The notes beneath the pieces were generated by a model, which did no database searches, was not told where the DNA came from, and saw only the letters and a list, made by a program, of their open reading frames with translations. Below, piece by piece: positions 16,664-27,076 of a stretch of 64,000 nucleotides of DNA (within the stretch, counting starts at the first letter, position 1; every line of letters starts with the position of its first letter). The position numbers were made by a program, and so were the translations under genes. Where the stretch lies: IMG/VR virus record IMGVR_UViG_3300031813_000006, positions 1-64,000 of that record. The stretch is one strand, 5' to 3'. The stretch comes from a virus (lineage: Duplodnaviria > Caudoviricetes).

Positions 16664-17254
16664 ATGAAAGAATTTTTTATCATTTTAAATAAACAGCATA
16701 TTAGCCCTAACGGGTATTATGTACTTATGGCAATGAGGGATAAATGGGAAGTAGAACACATTAATGTGGCTACAGAACTAAGAATTCTTAGAGGTGACGG
16801 GTGGCTTGATGAACAATCTCAGTTTACAACAGCTGCTTTATCCTTATTTCAAATAGTTGATGAGTGGTTAGTCCATTCTAAGACTAAGATTGAATCTATA
16901 AAGCAGATAAACCAAATTCCTGAATTTGTTAATGCCTACCGCGAGATGTTTCCTAAAGGTGTTTTACCATCAGGTAAACTTGCCCGTAATAATGTTGTAA
17001 ATCTTACCAAGGCCTTTACATGGTTCTTTAGAACTTACCCTGAATATCAATGGGATGCAGTATTATACGCTACTCAAGAATATGTTAAATCTTTTGAAGC
17101 AAGAAAGTATGAATTTATGAGAACTTCTCAATATTTCATATGTAAAGATAAACAATCAGAATTAGCAGATCATATTGCCAAAGTAATGTCTAAATCAGAA
17201 AGAAACATTGAAACTCCTGAAGAAAAAGAGTATCCAGAAATGAAAATATTTTAA
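16664..17254 (+). CDS. Putative replication initiator / helicase loader
   Basis: wHTH-like N-terminus, YREMFPKG..YEFMRTSQYFI; directly upstream of the DnaB-like gene as in crAss-like replisomes. Confidence 0.55.
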   Translation: MKEFFIILNKQHISPNGYYVLMAMRDKWEVEHINVATELRILRGDGWLDEQSQFTTAALSLFQIVDEWLVHSKTKIESIKQINQIPEFVNAYREMFPKGVLPSGKLARNNVVNLTKAFTWFFRTYPEYQWDAVLYATQEYVKSFEARKYEFMRTSQYFICKDKQSELADHIAKVMSKSERNIETPEEKEYPEMKIF

Positions 17255-17255
17255 T

Positions 17256-18272
17256 ATGGCTCTAAAGTGGGAATCACAAGGATCAGCTTATGGTGAAGCT
17301 ATCCAATATATGAATTATAGAAAAGAAGGTATTATTACCAGTTTTCAAACACCGTGGCTTTCTTTTAATAAAGCCGGTACTGGAGGTTTGGAATGGCAAA
17401 GTACAATCATTATTGGTGGGCGCCCAGGACATGGTAAAACTCTAGTTAAAGATCAAATTATCAGAGAAGGTTGGAAGTTAAATAGTAATAGTCCTTTCAG
17501 AGTATTGGAATTTTCATTAGAAATGAACCCTAAAACGGTAGCATTACGTGAATTTTCTGCAAATCTTAAAGAAGATTATAACAATTTACTAAGTGTGCCT
17601 TCCCCTGTATCAGATGAGATACTTGATAAATGTCAAGTTTATTCTGATGAACATAAGACTTACCCTAGGGATATTGTTAAAGATGCACCTACCATTACAC
17701 AATTTAAAAAAATTGTAGAAGACTATATGAAGACATATGGTAAAAAGAATGAGGACGGAACAATAGATTATGTCAATACTATAATTACAATTGATCATAG
17801 TATTTTAATGAAGAGAGATAAAGGAGAAAAAGATTCTCTTACTATGCTTTATAATCTAGGGGAAGCGCTTACTCATTTAAAAAGAATTTACCCAATTATC
17901 TTTATTGTGTTAAATCAATTAAATAGAAGTATAGATGATCCCAAGAGAAATGAAGATGGTAAACACGGGAATTTAGTGAATACAGCTGACTTTTTTGGTA
18001 GTGATGCTATGTTAATGCATGCTGATTTATTATGTGCCATAGATGTTCCTAAAAAGAGACATTTAAAATTATATGGCCCAGATAAGTTCATTATTGTAGA
18101 TGATACAGTGGTTACTATAAATTTCTTAAAATGCAGAAATGGTTCTACAGGTATGTGTTTCTTTAAAGCTTATTGGAATGCGTTTACTTTACTTGAAACT
18201 CCTCCTCCAAATAGAGATAATAAGGTTAAAACAGCTTACAGTTATCCACCACCTGATCAAATAGACTATTAA
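17256..18272 (+). CDS. DnaB-like (SF4) replicative helicase
   Basis: GGRPGHGKT, FSLEM, IDH, LNQLNR, KCRNG. Confidence 0.9.
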   Translation: MALKWESQGSAYGEAIQYMNYRKEGIITSFQTPWLSFNKAGTGGLEWQSTIIIGGRPGHGKTLVKDQIIREGWKLNSNSPFRVLEFSLEMNPKTVALREFSANLKEDYNNLLSVPSPVSDEILDKCQVYSDEHKTYPRDIVKDAPTITQFKKIVEDYMKTYGKKNEDGTIDYVNTIITIDHSILMKRDKGEKDSLTMLYNLGEALTHLKRIYPIIFIVLNQLNRSIDDPKRNEDGKHGNLVNTADFFGSDAMLMHADLLCAIDVPKKRHLKLYGPDKFIIVDDTVVTINFLKCRNGSTGMCFFKAYWNAFTLLETPPPNRDNKVKTAYSYPPPDQIDY

Positions 18273-18287
18273 TTTTAAATTTAAATT

Positions 18288-18941
18288 ATGGCAATATCTT
18301 TTAAAGAAGAGTTAAAACCAGTTTTAACTACTGAAGAAAAAAAGTCAAGATTACTTAATCTCAGAAGTTTTCATGAACAATCTTTTAAAATATTAGGTGT
18401 TCCAAATGCCCAATTCATTGGTAAAATATTTTTCATTAATTCTGATAAGCAATGGAAGATTAAAATGTTTGAAAGTGAATTCAGGTATGGTGTAGATTTA
18501 TATATTGAACCTACTAAACTTGATTATACTCCTGAGAATTATTTACATCAACATCTTGAGTCTGAAAGAGAGTTGTTTAAATGGACTTATCATCCTGCTT
18601 GGGATAAAGAATATGAAAAACTTTTACCAGGCACAAAGGGTAATAATGGAAGTTCTGTAATATATTTGCTACCTGTTGATGATTTACAATCTGTAGCAGA
18701 ATTAATTGCAGCTAAACAAAAAGAAAACAAACTTACTGAAATTAAAAAAAGCAAGGAAGTTGAAAGTAATACTGTAGATAATACTGTGACTACAACAACT
18801 ACTCAAAAGTTGGTAGTTAACAGTGAAAATGAAGATTGCTTTATTCAACAAGCAACTTTAAGGGATTTAGCTGCCATTTGGTTAAAGAAACCTGTTAGTA
18901 ATAAACAATGGCTTAATGATATTGTAAATAGTGCACGCTAA
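18288..18941 (+). CDS. Hypothetical replication-module protein
   Basis: 217 aa; C-terminal RDLAAI..KKPVSNKQWLN. Confidence 0.75.
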   Translation: MAISFKEELKPVLTTEEKKSRLLNLRSFHEQSFKILGVPNAQFIGKIFFINSDKQWKIKMFESEFRYGVDLYIEPTKLDYTPENYLHQHLESERELFKWTYHPAWDKEYEKLLPGTKGNNGSSVIYLLPVDDLQSVAELIAAKQKENKLTEIKKSKEVESNTVDNTVTTTTTQKLVVNSENEDCFIQQATLRDLAAIWLKKPVSNKQWLNDIVNSAR

Positions 18942-19714
18942 TGGAAGAAGATTTTGTATTACCCACAGCTAAAGTAGCAGCTGTAAGAAAGAATCCGCAA
19001 AACCTGATTATCTTTTCTAAACCTAAGACCGGTAAAACATCTCTTGTAGCTCAATTACCTAATTGCCTTATTTTAGAGTTTGAACCAGGTGGTGCAGATT
19101 ATGTAGATGCAATGAAGATCCAAATTGAAAAGATTGAAGATCTTAATAAAGTTTATACTGCTATTAAGAAAGCCGGAAAACCTTATCAGTATATTGCTGT
19201 TGATACTATCACAGCATTAGAAGAAATGGTAATTCCTCTTGCTGAAAAGTTGTATATGGCAACACCACAAGGTGTTAATTGGGATACCCCTGTTACAGGT
19301 GGTAAAGCAAAGTATGGTAATATTTTGCAAATGCCTCAAGGTGCTGGATATGCTTGGTTAAGAACTGCTTTTGATAAAGCAGTTGATTTAATTAAACAAT
19401 TTGCGCCAAATATTATTTTACTTGGTCATGTTAAAGACAGTATGTTAGAGAAAAATGGTAAAGAATTTAACTCTTCAGAACTTGATTTAACGGGTAAAAT
19501 TAAACGTATTGCAACATCTAAAAGTGATGCAGTAGGTTATTTGTATAGAAAAGGTAAAAATAATTACCTAAGTTTCTTAACTTCTGATGAAGTTTCTTGT
19601 GGTGCCAGACCAACACATTTGGCCAATAAAGAAATTCTATTATCAGAATATACTGAAACTGGAGAATACTTAACACATTGGGATAAAATTTATCTTGATG
19701 AAACAACTAAATAA
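18941..19714 (+). CDS. AAA_24 / Sak4-like P-loop ATPase
   Basis: SKPKTGKT, IAVDTIT, ILLGH, DAVGY. Confidence 0.85.
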   Translation: MEEDFVLPTAKVAAVRKNPQNLIIFSKPKTGKTSLVAQLPNCLILEFEPGGADYVDAMKIQIEKIEDLNKVYTAIKKAGKPYQYIAVDTITALEEMVIPLAEKLYMATPQGVNWDTPVTGGKAKYGNILQMPQGAGYAWLRTAFDKAVDLIKQFAPNIILLGHVKDSMLEKNGKEFNSSELDLTGKIKRIATSKSDAVGYLYRKGKNNYLSFLTSDEVSCGARPTHLANKEILLSEYTETGEYLTHWDKIYLDETTK

Positions 19715-19734
19715 TTAACTAAAAACTAAAGAAA

Positions 19735-20415
19735 ATGGCTTTAAGCACTAAAAACATCCCTACTGGGATCCAAAAAACATTACTTCCTGGAATTAACGTT
19801 GTTACTATTAATTCTATAAACATTGAACCATTCAAATTTAAAGAAGGCGCCTATGAAGTTCATATTCATGTAGAAGGTCCTGCTATTAAAGAACCAGGTT
19901 TTGTTGGATTCAATATAGATAAGAATGACGCTTCATTAGGTACTTATGCTGGTCAAATTGGCCGTGTAAAAGCTAGTTTATATGCATATGCAGATGGAGA
20001 AACTAAAACAGGAATTCCTGTTAGCCGTGATCAAAACATGTTGAAATTCTTAATGAACCTTTGTAAAGAATTAGATATTCAAAAATGGTTTGATGAACAA
20101 GATAACAAACATGAAACTATTGAAGATTTATATGAGCAATTCAAGATTGATGCACCATATAAAGGAAAGAAAGTACGCATGTGTATTGCCGCTAAAGAGT
20201 ATGTTAATCAAGCAGGATTTACTGCATTTGATTTGTTCTTACCTAAAGCTGGTCCACGTAATGTAGTTATTGAATTGGAATCAGTTCCTACTGCAAAAAG
20301 TAGATTGCTTCCTTTTAAAGAATCTGAACACGTGATTGTGAAGAAAGACAAACCTGTTGAAAACTTTGGTGAGGACACTCCTACTGAAGACGTTAATGAT
20401 GAATTAGCACTTTAA
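19735..20415 (+). CDS. Putative single-stranded DNA-binding protein
   Basis: Follows Sak4-like ATPase; acidic C-terminal tail. Confidence 0.55.
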   Translation: MALSTKNIPTGIQKTLLPGINVVTINSINIEPFKFKEGAYEVHIHVEGPAIKEPGFVGFNIDKNDASLGTYAGQIGRVKASLYAYADGETKTGIPVSRDQNMLKFLMNLCKELDIQKWFDEQDNKHETIEDLYEQFKIDAPYKGKKVRMCIAAKEYVNQAGFTAFDLFLPKAGPRNVVIELESVPTAKSRLLPFKESEHVIVKKDKPVENFGEDTPTEDVNDELAL

Positions 20416-20421
20416 TAATTG

Positions 20422-20453
20422 ATGGGGAGAGTAGAAATATTCTCCCCATTTTT
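20422..20453 (+). terminator. Stem-loop terminator
   Basis: ATGGGGAGAGTA-GAAA-TATTCTCCCCAT + TTTT. Confidence 0.75.
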
Positions 20454-20463
20454 ATCTATTTCT

Positions 20464-21450
20464 ATGATAAGTACAAAGAACATTCCAGGTGAAGATGATA
20501 TAAAAAATATTCCAGGAAATTGGGCTTTTAAGTTTTATTGTAACTTATCTGAACTACCTGGTGGAAAAGATATAAAAATCAAATCACTATTTAATCCTAA
20601 AGACACTGATCCTTCTTTTATTATTTACTATAGTTCAAGATTAGGAAAGCATATGTTTAAAGATTTCTCTGTAAATCTTGGAGGAGGTATGGTTGATTTA
20701 GTAAGTAATCTATTTGATTTATCACTTTCTGATGCCGCAAAGAAAATATTAAGAGATTACAATGAATATTTAAGAAACAAATTAGTTGTTAATACAGACC
20801 CTATTATTGAACGTACTGTTAAAATTACAGACTGTATTAAAAGAACATGGACAACAAAAGATGCTTATTATTGGCAATGTTTTGGAATTAGTTCCAGAAT
20901 ACTTAATAAATATAAAGTATTTCCATTAGAATCATATACTATGGAGATTACACAAGGAGATTATCAAACAGATAAAATCTTTAGGTTACCTCAGGTGTAT
21001 GGTTATTTTAAAAATGATGATACTTTATATAAGATTTATCAACCTAAATCTATTGCCGGCAAGTTTATGAAATTAGGTCAGTACATTCAAGGAACTGAAC
21101 AATTAACTTTTCAAAAACCTTATCTAATAATAGGTTCATCTTTAAAAGATATTATGAGCCTAGAGGCCATGAACCTTCCTATAGAATTCATCTCTCCTGA
21201 CAGTGAATCCACAATGATTCAACCAGATATTATTAATGCATATAAGTATAAATATAAAAAGATCATTACATTATTTGATGATGATCCTACAGGTTTAACA
21301 TTTATGAGAAAATATTATGAACTTCATGGTATTCCTTATTTACATTTTCAAACCGGTCACAAAGATGTTTCAGATACTATTGTTGCAATAGGTCAAAAGA
21401 AAACAAAAGAATTATTAATTCCACAATTAAAAAAAGTAATCCATGGGTAG
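20464..21450 (+). CDS. DNA primase (TOPRIM, crAss-like type)
   Basis: SLFNPKDTDPSF..FKDFS; KIYQP; SSLKD; LFDDDPTG; KDVSD. Confidence 0.85.
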   Translation: MISTKNIPGEDDIKNIPGNWAFKFYCNLSELPGGKDIKIKSLFNPKDTDPSFIIYYSSRLGKHMFKDFSVNLGGGMVDLVSNLFDLSLSDAAKKILRDYNEYLRNKLVVNTDPIIERTVKITDCIKRTWTTKDAYYWQCFGISSRILNKYKVFPLESYTMEITQGDYQTDKIFRLPQVYGYFKNDDTLYKIYQPKSIAGKFMKLGQYIQGTEQLTFQKPYLIIGSSLKDIMSLEAMNLPIEFISPDSESTMIQPDIINAYKYKYKKIITLFDDDPTGLTFMRKYYELHGIPYLHFQTGHKDVSDTIVAIGQKKTKELLIPQLKKVIHG

Positions 21451-21958
21451 TTTCACAATTGGTATTGACATAGGCAAAAAAGGTTATATCTGCATTAATG
21501 ACAACGGTCATTATACATTTCATAGAATGCCTTTAATTAAAAATGAATTAGATTATAGCAAAATTCATGAGATATTAGAACCTTATGAGGGTGGTAACGG
21601 GTTAGTAACATTTGAGAAATTAGGTGTTATTTTTGGTTCTAGTAAGGCAGTTGCATTTAGTATGGGATATCAAGCCGGAGCTATTGAAATGGCTTGTATA
21701 GCCTTATCTATACCTTATATGAAAGTTCCTCCTAAAACATGGCAAAAAGAATTATTTATTGGAATTCCTGAAATAAGTAAATCAAATAATAAAACTAAAT
21801 CAGGAGAATCCAGGGATACAAAAGCAATGGCTTTAATGGCCGCTAAACAATTATATCCAACAGTTGATATACCAATAGCTGTTGGAACTAAAAAAGAACA
21901 TGATGGTGCTGTAGATGCACTTTTAATTTGTGATTATGGAGCAAGAAGATACAAATAA
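21443..21958 (+). CDS. RuvC-like Holliday junction resolvase
   Basis: IGIDIG..FEK..VPPKTWQK..DGAVDALLI. Confidence 0.85.
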   Translation: MGSFTIGIDIGKKGYICINDNGHYTFHRMPLIKNELDYSKIHEILEPYEGGNGLVTFEKLGVIFGSSKAVAFSMGYQAGAIEMACIALSIPYMKVPPKTWQKELFIGIPEISKSNNKTKSGESRDTKAMALMAAKQLYPTVDIPIAVGTKKEHDGAVDALLICDYGARRYK

Positions 21959-22367
21959 TATAATTACTGTAGAAAACTTTGAAAATTATAAATCAATGTT
22001 AATGTCTTCTAACCCTGAAGATAAAACGCTTGTATTAAATATTCTTAATAATATAAATGATTCAATTGATAATATTGTTCTAGTTCTAATATTATTAGTT
22101 GAAACTAATAAATTGGAAAAAGAAGTTATTGAAAAAGAATGTTTTAAATTAAATAACATTTTAAATAACAATAATATTTACATATCTAAAAAAGAACAAG
22201 ATTTTGAACCTATTTCTTGGTTTAAAGTTTTTGAAATTGTAAAAAAGAATCCTACATATATGGAATTCTTTTTAGAAAGATATGCCATTAGAACTAAAAA
22301 ACTAATGATTGAATGGGGATTATCATTAATGGTCAATTTTGACTTTAAATTAACTTACAATGAATAA
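21936..22367 (+). CDS. Helical hypothetical protein sharing a motif with the two ORFs after MoxR
   Basis: ITVENFENYKSMLMSSNPEDKTLVLNILNN. Confidence 0.7.
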   Translation: MEQEDTNNIITVENFENYKSMLMSSNPEDKTLVLNILNNINDSIDNIVLVLILLVETNKLEKEVIEKECFKLNNILNNNNIYISKKEQDFEPISWFKVFEIVKKNPTYMEFFLERYAIRTKKLMIEWGLSLMVNFDFKLTYNE

Positions 22368-23658
22368 TAATGAATCATTAGCAAAAGCTAGTAAAGAATT
22401 AATGTTTAAAGAACCCTTTTACGGGTTCTTTCTTATTATGATGAATAAGGTATGGGAAAAAAGAGTCCCCACCCTTGGTGTTAGTAAAAACGGTATAAAC
22501 TTTCAATTAAGTATTAATGAAAAGTTTTGGAATAGTTTAACACTATTACATCAACAAGGTATATTAAAGCATGAATGTATGCATATTGGTTTCTTTCATT
22601 TAGAAATGAGAGATAGATTTCCTGATCATAAACTAGCTAATATTGCTATGGATATGGAAATTAACCAATATATTGAAGAAAATATGCTTCCTGGCACAGA
22701 AGGTACTTATGAACAGTTTTGGGCTAAATGGCGTCCTGTGACGGAATCTATACAAGACAGATTATCTAAAGGTCTAATTACCCAAGAACAGGCTGAAAAT
22801 GAGATGCTTAAAGTTCCTTCCCGTGGTATTCTTATTAAAGATTATGCAAAACTTAAATTAGACCATAAAGCTGGTACTAGGTATTATTATGATAAATTAC
22901 AGGAAGCTAAAGAAAAAAAAGAAAAGAATGGTTCTTCAGGTTGCCCTGCATTAGATAATATACTTGAATCTGGTGAAGATTTACACGGTACATGGTCTGA
23001 CTTTGAAGGATTAGGTGAAGCAGAAATGAAATTAATGCATGATCAGACTGAATACATTATTAAGGAAGTTGCTGAGCAGATTACCAAAGCTAGAGGAACT
23101 GTTCCTGGAGAATTTAAGATGATCTTAGAGAAAATTAATTACAAAGAACCTCCAAGATTTAATTGGCAACAATATATCAGACAATTTGTAGGCGGTAGTA
23201 CAAAAACCTATACAAAGAAAAAGCGTAGTAAGTTTAATAAACGCTTTGAAGATATGCCAGGTCTTAAGATTAAAATGCAAAGACATGTATTAGTTGCAGT
23301 AGATACTTCAGGTTCTGTATCCACTAAATCATTAGTTGATTTCTTTAAAGAAATACATCATATTTCAAAAGGTCAAACTCAAATTACTATACTTCAGTGT
23401 GATGCTGCAATTAGAAGTATAACACCTTATTCTAAAACAGATGTAGATGCTATTAAAATCCATGGTAGAGGTGGTACAGATTTTAACCCTATCATAGATT
23501 ATGCTAATAATAATCCGCATAAATACACAGCTTTAATTATAATGACTGATGGGTGTGCTCCGGCACCTGAAAAATGTAGATTAAAAACTTTATGGGTTCA
23601 TGATGAAACCAGTGAAATAAATGAGAATTTAATAGGATTAAAAATTAAACTAAACTAA
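22360..23658 (+). CDS. Metallopeptidase-like + vWA domain protein (DUF2201 type)
   Basis: HECMH zincin motif; MIDAS VAVDTSGS, GRGGTDF, MTDG. Confidence 0.88.
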   Translation: MNNNESLAKASKELMFKEPFYGFFLIMMNKVWEKRVPTLGVSKNGINFQLSINEKFWNSLTLLHQQGILKHECMHIGFFHLEMRDRFPDHKLANIAMDMEINQYIEENMLPGTEGTYEQFWAKWRPVTESIQDRLSKGLITQEQAENEMLKVPSRGILIKDYAKLKLDHKAGTRYYYDKLQEAKEKKEKNGSSGCPALDNILESGEDLHGTWSDFEGLGEAEMKLMHDQTEYIIKEVAEQITKARGTVPGEFKMILEKINYKEPPRFNWQQYIRQFVGGSTKTYTKKKRSKFNKRFEDMPGLKIKMQRHVLVAVDTSGSVSTKSLVDFFKEIHHISKGQTQITILQCDAAIRSITPYSKTDVDAIKIHGRGGTDFNPIIDYANNNPHKYTALIIMTDGCAPAPEKCRLKTLWVHDETSEINENLIGLKIKLN

Positions 23659-23669
23659 ACTTAGAAAAA

Positions 23670-24092
23670 ATGGCAAAAACATTAGAAGTTACTACTAAAG
23701 AATTAAAAGGTTTATTAAAACACGTTATAAATAATAATAAATTCTTGCAAGAGCAAGGTAAGACGCCTTTGGCTATTTGTGTAGAAGGTGAGGCTGGTAT
23801 TGGTAAAACTTCATCTATAGAACAACTTGCAAGTGAATTAAACATGCAGTTTGTTAAGTTAAATCTGGCTCAGATTGAAGAAATTAGTGATCTTGTTGGA
23901 TTTCCTATTAGGCAATTCCAACTTTGTAAAGAAGAAGAATGTCTTTGGATTGATGAACCTGCTGTAGAAGAATTTCAACACCAAGGATATAAATTCACTG
24001 GTAATAAACGTATGGCATATTGTGCACCTGAATGGATTGCAGGTAAAGGAGAAAATGGAATTCTTATTCTTGATGACTTTACACGTGCGGAT
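23670..24092 (+). CDS. MoxR-like AAA+ ATPase, exon 1
   Basis: Walker A GEAGIGKT, Walker B ILILDDFTRAD. Confidence 0.88.
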
Positions 24093-25136
24093 TAATAAAT
24101 TATATACTGATGTATTGCTAGTTTGAATAATTTGATTATCTTTATGATATGGAAAAATTAAATACAACTACTTTATTAAGTATTAAATCGTGTAAAGGAA
24201 TTTATAAAATAAAAATTCATGATAAAGAATATATTGGTAGTTCTACTAATATAGGTTATAGATTAAAACATCATTTATGGTCATTAAAAAATCATAAACA
24301 TCATAATTTAACTATGCAAAATCTATATAATAAATACGGTATAGATAGTATTTATTTTTGCATAATTGAAGAATGTAATGAAGATGTATTAATTGAAAAA
24401 GAAACTTTTTATATTACAACACTTAAACCTTATATAAATCATATTCTTAATCCAAGTAAAATTGTTAGAGATGATATTTATAAAAAAAGATTAAGTGAAA
24501 GTGGTAAAAAAAGTTTTGAAAATGGAAGAATTATACACAATAAGAAAAAGACTTATATGTATGATATTTCTGGTAAATTTATAAAAGAATTTGATGATGC
24601 TACTAAAGCCGCTAAAGAAATAGGAAATTCAAATTATCCTACTTCAATTTGTAATGTGTGTAATAATAAAACACATACTGCATATGGTTATAGATGGTCT
24701 TATAAAAAAGTTAAAAAACTTTCAAATATTAATTATAAATATAAATTACAACCTGTATTACAGTATTCAATTACCAATAAATTTATTAAATCATGGAATT
24801 CCTCAAAAGAAGCTAGTAAAACTTTAAATATTTCTAATATAAATAGAGCTATTAAAAAAGATTTAACAGCAGGAGGTTTTAAATGGTATAAAGCGTTTGG
24901 TCCGCATTAAATTCCGTGAATTCAGGGAACATCCAGAGATGGACAATCCTGATCTAAGCATTGTAGGGATACAATGAAAGAGCAACGACTAGGGTATGGA
25001 GTCTAGAACAGACAGTAAAACCCCAAGAGCGCGGAACACATTTTGACAAGATGTGATGATATAGTCTGATCTATAAATAATCTAAGCCATAAATTATAGA
25101 ATCATAAGATAAAAAGCTTATGAGATAACAATAATG
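24093..25136 (+). mobile_element. Group I intron in the MoxR ATPase gene
   Basis: 5' exon TGCGGAT pairs with GTCCGCA (about 24900, U.G at splice site); core AATTCAGGGAAC..AATCCTGA..CAACGACTA..GATATAGTCT; terminal G; splicing gives DDFTRAD|QRFIQACMEL. Confidence 0.9.
24149..24910 (+). CDS. GIY-YIG homing endonuclease with NUMOD1-type repeats (intron-encoded)
   Basis: KGIYKI..YIGSS..RLKHH; two MYD..GKFIKEF/QYS..KFIKSW..GxxW repeats. Confidence 0.9.
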   Translation: MEKLNTTTLLSIKSCKGIYKIKIHDKEYIGSSTNIGYRLKHHLWSLKNHKHHNLTMQNLYNKYGIDSIYFCIIEECNEDVLIEKETFYITTLKPYINHILNPSKIVRDDIYKKRLSESGKKSFENGRIIHNKKKTYMYDISGKFIKEFDDATKAAKEIGNSNYPTSICNVCNNKTHTAYGYRWSYKKVKKLSNINYKYKLQPVLQYSITNKFIKSWNSSKEASKTLNISNINRAIKKDLTAGGFKWYKAFGPH

Positions 25137-25886
25137 CAACGCTTTATACAGGCATGTATGGAATTAATTGACCGTCAATCTTACATTTCTTGGAAATTAC
25201 CTAAAGGTTGGACCATTATCCTTAGTACAAACCCTGATGATGGAAACTATCAAGTTACTAGTATGGATGATGCACAAACAACTAGGTTTTCTACTATTAA
25301 CCTAAAGTTTGATATTGACTGTTGGGCAAAATATGCTGAACAAGCAGGTGTGGACGGCAGATGTATTAACTTCTTATTGATGACACCTGAATTAGTTAAA
25401 GGAAAATGTAATCCAAGGGCTATTACCAATTTCTTTGGTAGTATTTCCTCTTTACAGAATTTTGAGAAATCATTACCTATCATCTCTATGATGGGGCAAG
25501 GTAGTGTTGGTCCTGAATTTTCTAGTATGTTTACCACTTTCATTAATAACAAGTTAGATAAGATCATTGGCCCTCATGAAGTTTTAACTAACAAATCATG
25601 GGATAATGTTAAATCACAATTATTAGATTGTATTGGTAAAGATAATACTTACCGTGCAGACATAGCTAGCGTATTATGTACTAGGTTAATTAACTACACT
25701 GTGCATTATTCTAAAGATAATGCAATTGATGATAATATCATCAAACGTGTTACTGAACTAGGTACTAGTGATATCTTTGCTATGGATTTGAAATACATGT
25801 TAGTTAAAGGTATTTACAATGGTAATAAGACTAAATTTAGCAGACTTATTCTTAATCCAGAAATTATTAAAATAACCGTAAAATAA
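25137..25886 (+). CDS. MoxR-like AAA+ ATPase, exon 2 (spliced protein about 390 aa)
   Basis: LPKGWTIILSTNP..D.AQTTRF..NPR sensor and Arg-finger motifs. Confidence 0.88.
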   Translation, partial: QRFIQACMELIDRQSYISWKLPKGWTIILSTNPDDGNYQVTSMDDAQTTRFSTINLKFDIDCWAKYAEQAGVDGRCINFLLMTPELVKGKCNPRAITNFFGSISSLQNFEKSLPIISMMGQGSVGPEFSSMFTTFINNKLDKIIGPHEVLTNKSWDNVKSQLLDCIGKDNTYRADIASVLCTRLINYTVHYSKDNAIDDNIIKRVTELGTSDIFAMDLKYMLVKGIYNGNKTKFSRLILNPEIIKITVK

Positions 25887-25891
25887 GAATT

Positions 25892-27076
25892 ATGCCGTAT
25901 AATGCCCATTTATTTATGGATCCATTACAAGTAAGCCGCCTTCCCTTTATCAAAGGGAAGGTTGCTTGTTTGTATGAAGAAGGTAAAACTTTATATAAAG
26001 GAATTACTTTTAAAACTACAAAAGAAGATTATGATAAAGCTTCTGAAAAACTTCTTGGAAAAGACACTTATCAAATTAAAACTGGAGATAAAGTTTTTGT
26101 AATGCCGGGATGTAATATTCCTGCTTTTAAATTAAAAGATTATATCAAATCTTTAGGTGCAAGAATTGTTGGAGAAATTGAAGATGCTACTGTATTTATA
26201 GGTTGTAATAATGCTATTTATTCTTATAGTAATTACAACTATGAAAAGAAACCTTATCACTTAATGTTCTTATTATCTGATGGTCATTGTACTAAATTAG
26301 ATCTTATCGGTAGTGTTATCAATTTTGAAGCATATGAAGAAGATGATTCATTTAATCAATATAAATCTGAAAATATAATTGATAACTCAGGTCTTTATAA
26401 TTTTGGAATAACTGAAAGAAGCGAATCAAATATTTTAGTTTCAACAGGTAAATACAATGAATCTGAATATTTTATTACTCCTGCGGCAGCTAAAATTTTA
26501 TATAATTGTTTATTAAAGAAATTACCTATCATTAATGAAAAAACATTAACTGAAAAGTGTAATACATCTATTATAATAACAGATGAAATTTATGATAGTG
26601 TTGTATCAATGTTAGAATCTGGAATGGAAGATAACATATCAACAGCAAGAGAAATCATTGCCAACTGTGATATTAAAAATTCTACATACAACATATGGAG
26701 ATTATCTAAAAAATATTATGGTACATTTTCTAGAAGTAGATTTAAGAATATTAGATTATTTGTAGAACAGTCTGAATTTGGAATGTTAAATAGTTTAAAT
26801 AATACTGATATTATAGAACATCTTAGTACTAAAAATCAATTAACACCTGAAATATTTAATAGTTTGATTAATCATATAGCTAATGTAGAATTGGGTACGT
26901 TTAATAATCCATTATTTAATTTTAATATAACATTATCAGAAAGATTTAAACATTTTAATCCTGATTTTATAAAAACTAAAAACTCTGGATCAACTATAGT
27001 TAATAGTGAACTTGAAGAATATGAAGAAGAATTAAATGAAGATGAAGATGAAGACTATGAAAATGAAGAGATATAG
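25892..27076 (+). CDS. Hypothetical protein, BRCT-like N-terminal region, paralog of next ORF
   Basis: KVFVMPGC..KLKDYIKSLGARIVGEIEDATVFI; acidic tail. Confidence 0.75.
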   Translation: MPYNAHLFMDPLQVSRLPFIKGKVACLYEEGKTLYKGITFKTTKEDYDKASEKLLGKDTYQIKTGDKVFVMPGCNIPAFKLKDYIKSLGARIVGEIEDATVFIGCNNAIYSYSNYNYEKKPYHLMFLLSDGHCTKLDLIGSVINFEAYEEDDSFNQYKSENIIDNSGLYNFGITERSESNILVSTGKYNESEYFITPAAAKILYNCLLKKLPIINEKTLTEKCNTSIIITDEIYDSVVSMLESGMEDNISTAREIIANCDIKNSTYNIWRLSKKYYGTFSRSRFKNIRLFVEQSEFGMLNSLNNTDIIEHLSTKNQLTPEIFNSLINHIANVELGTFNNPLFNFNITLSERFKHFNPDFIKTKNSGSTIVNSELEEYEEELNEDEDEDYENEEI

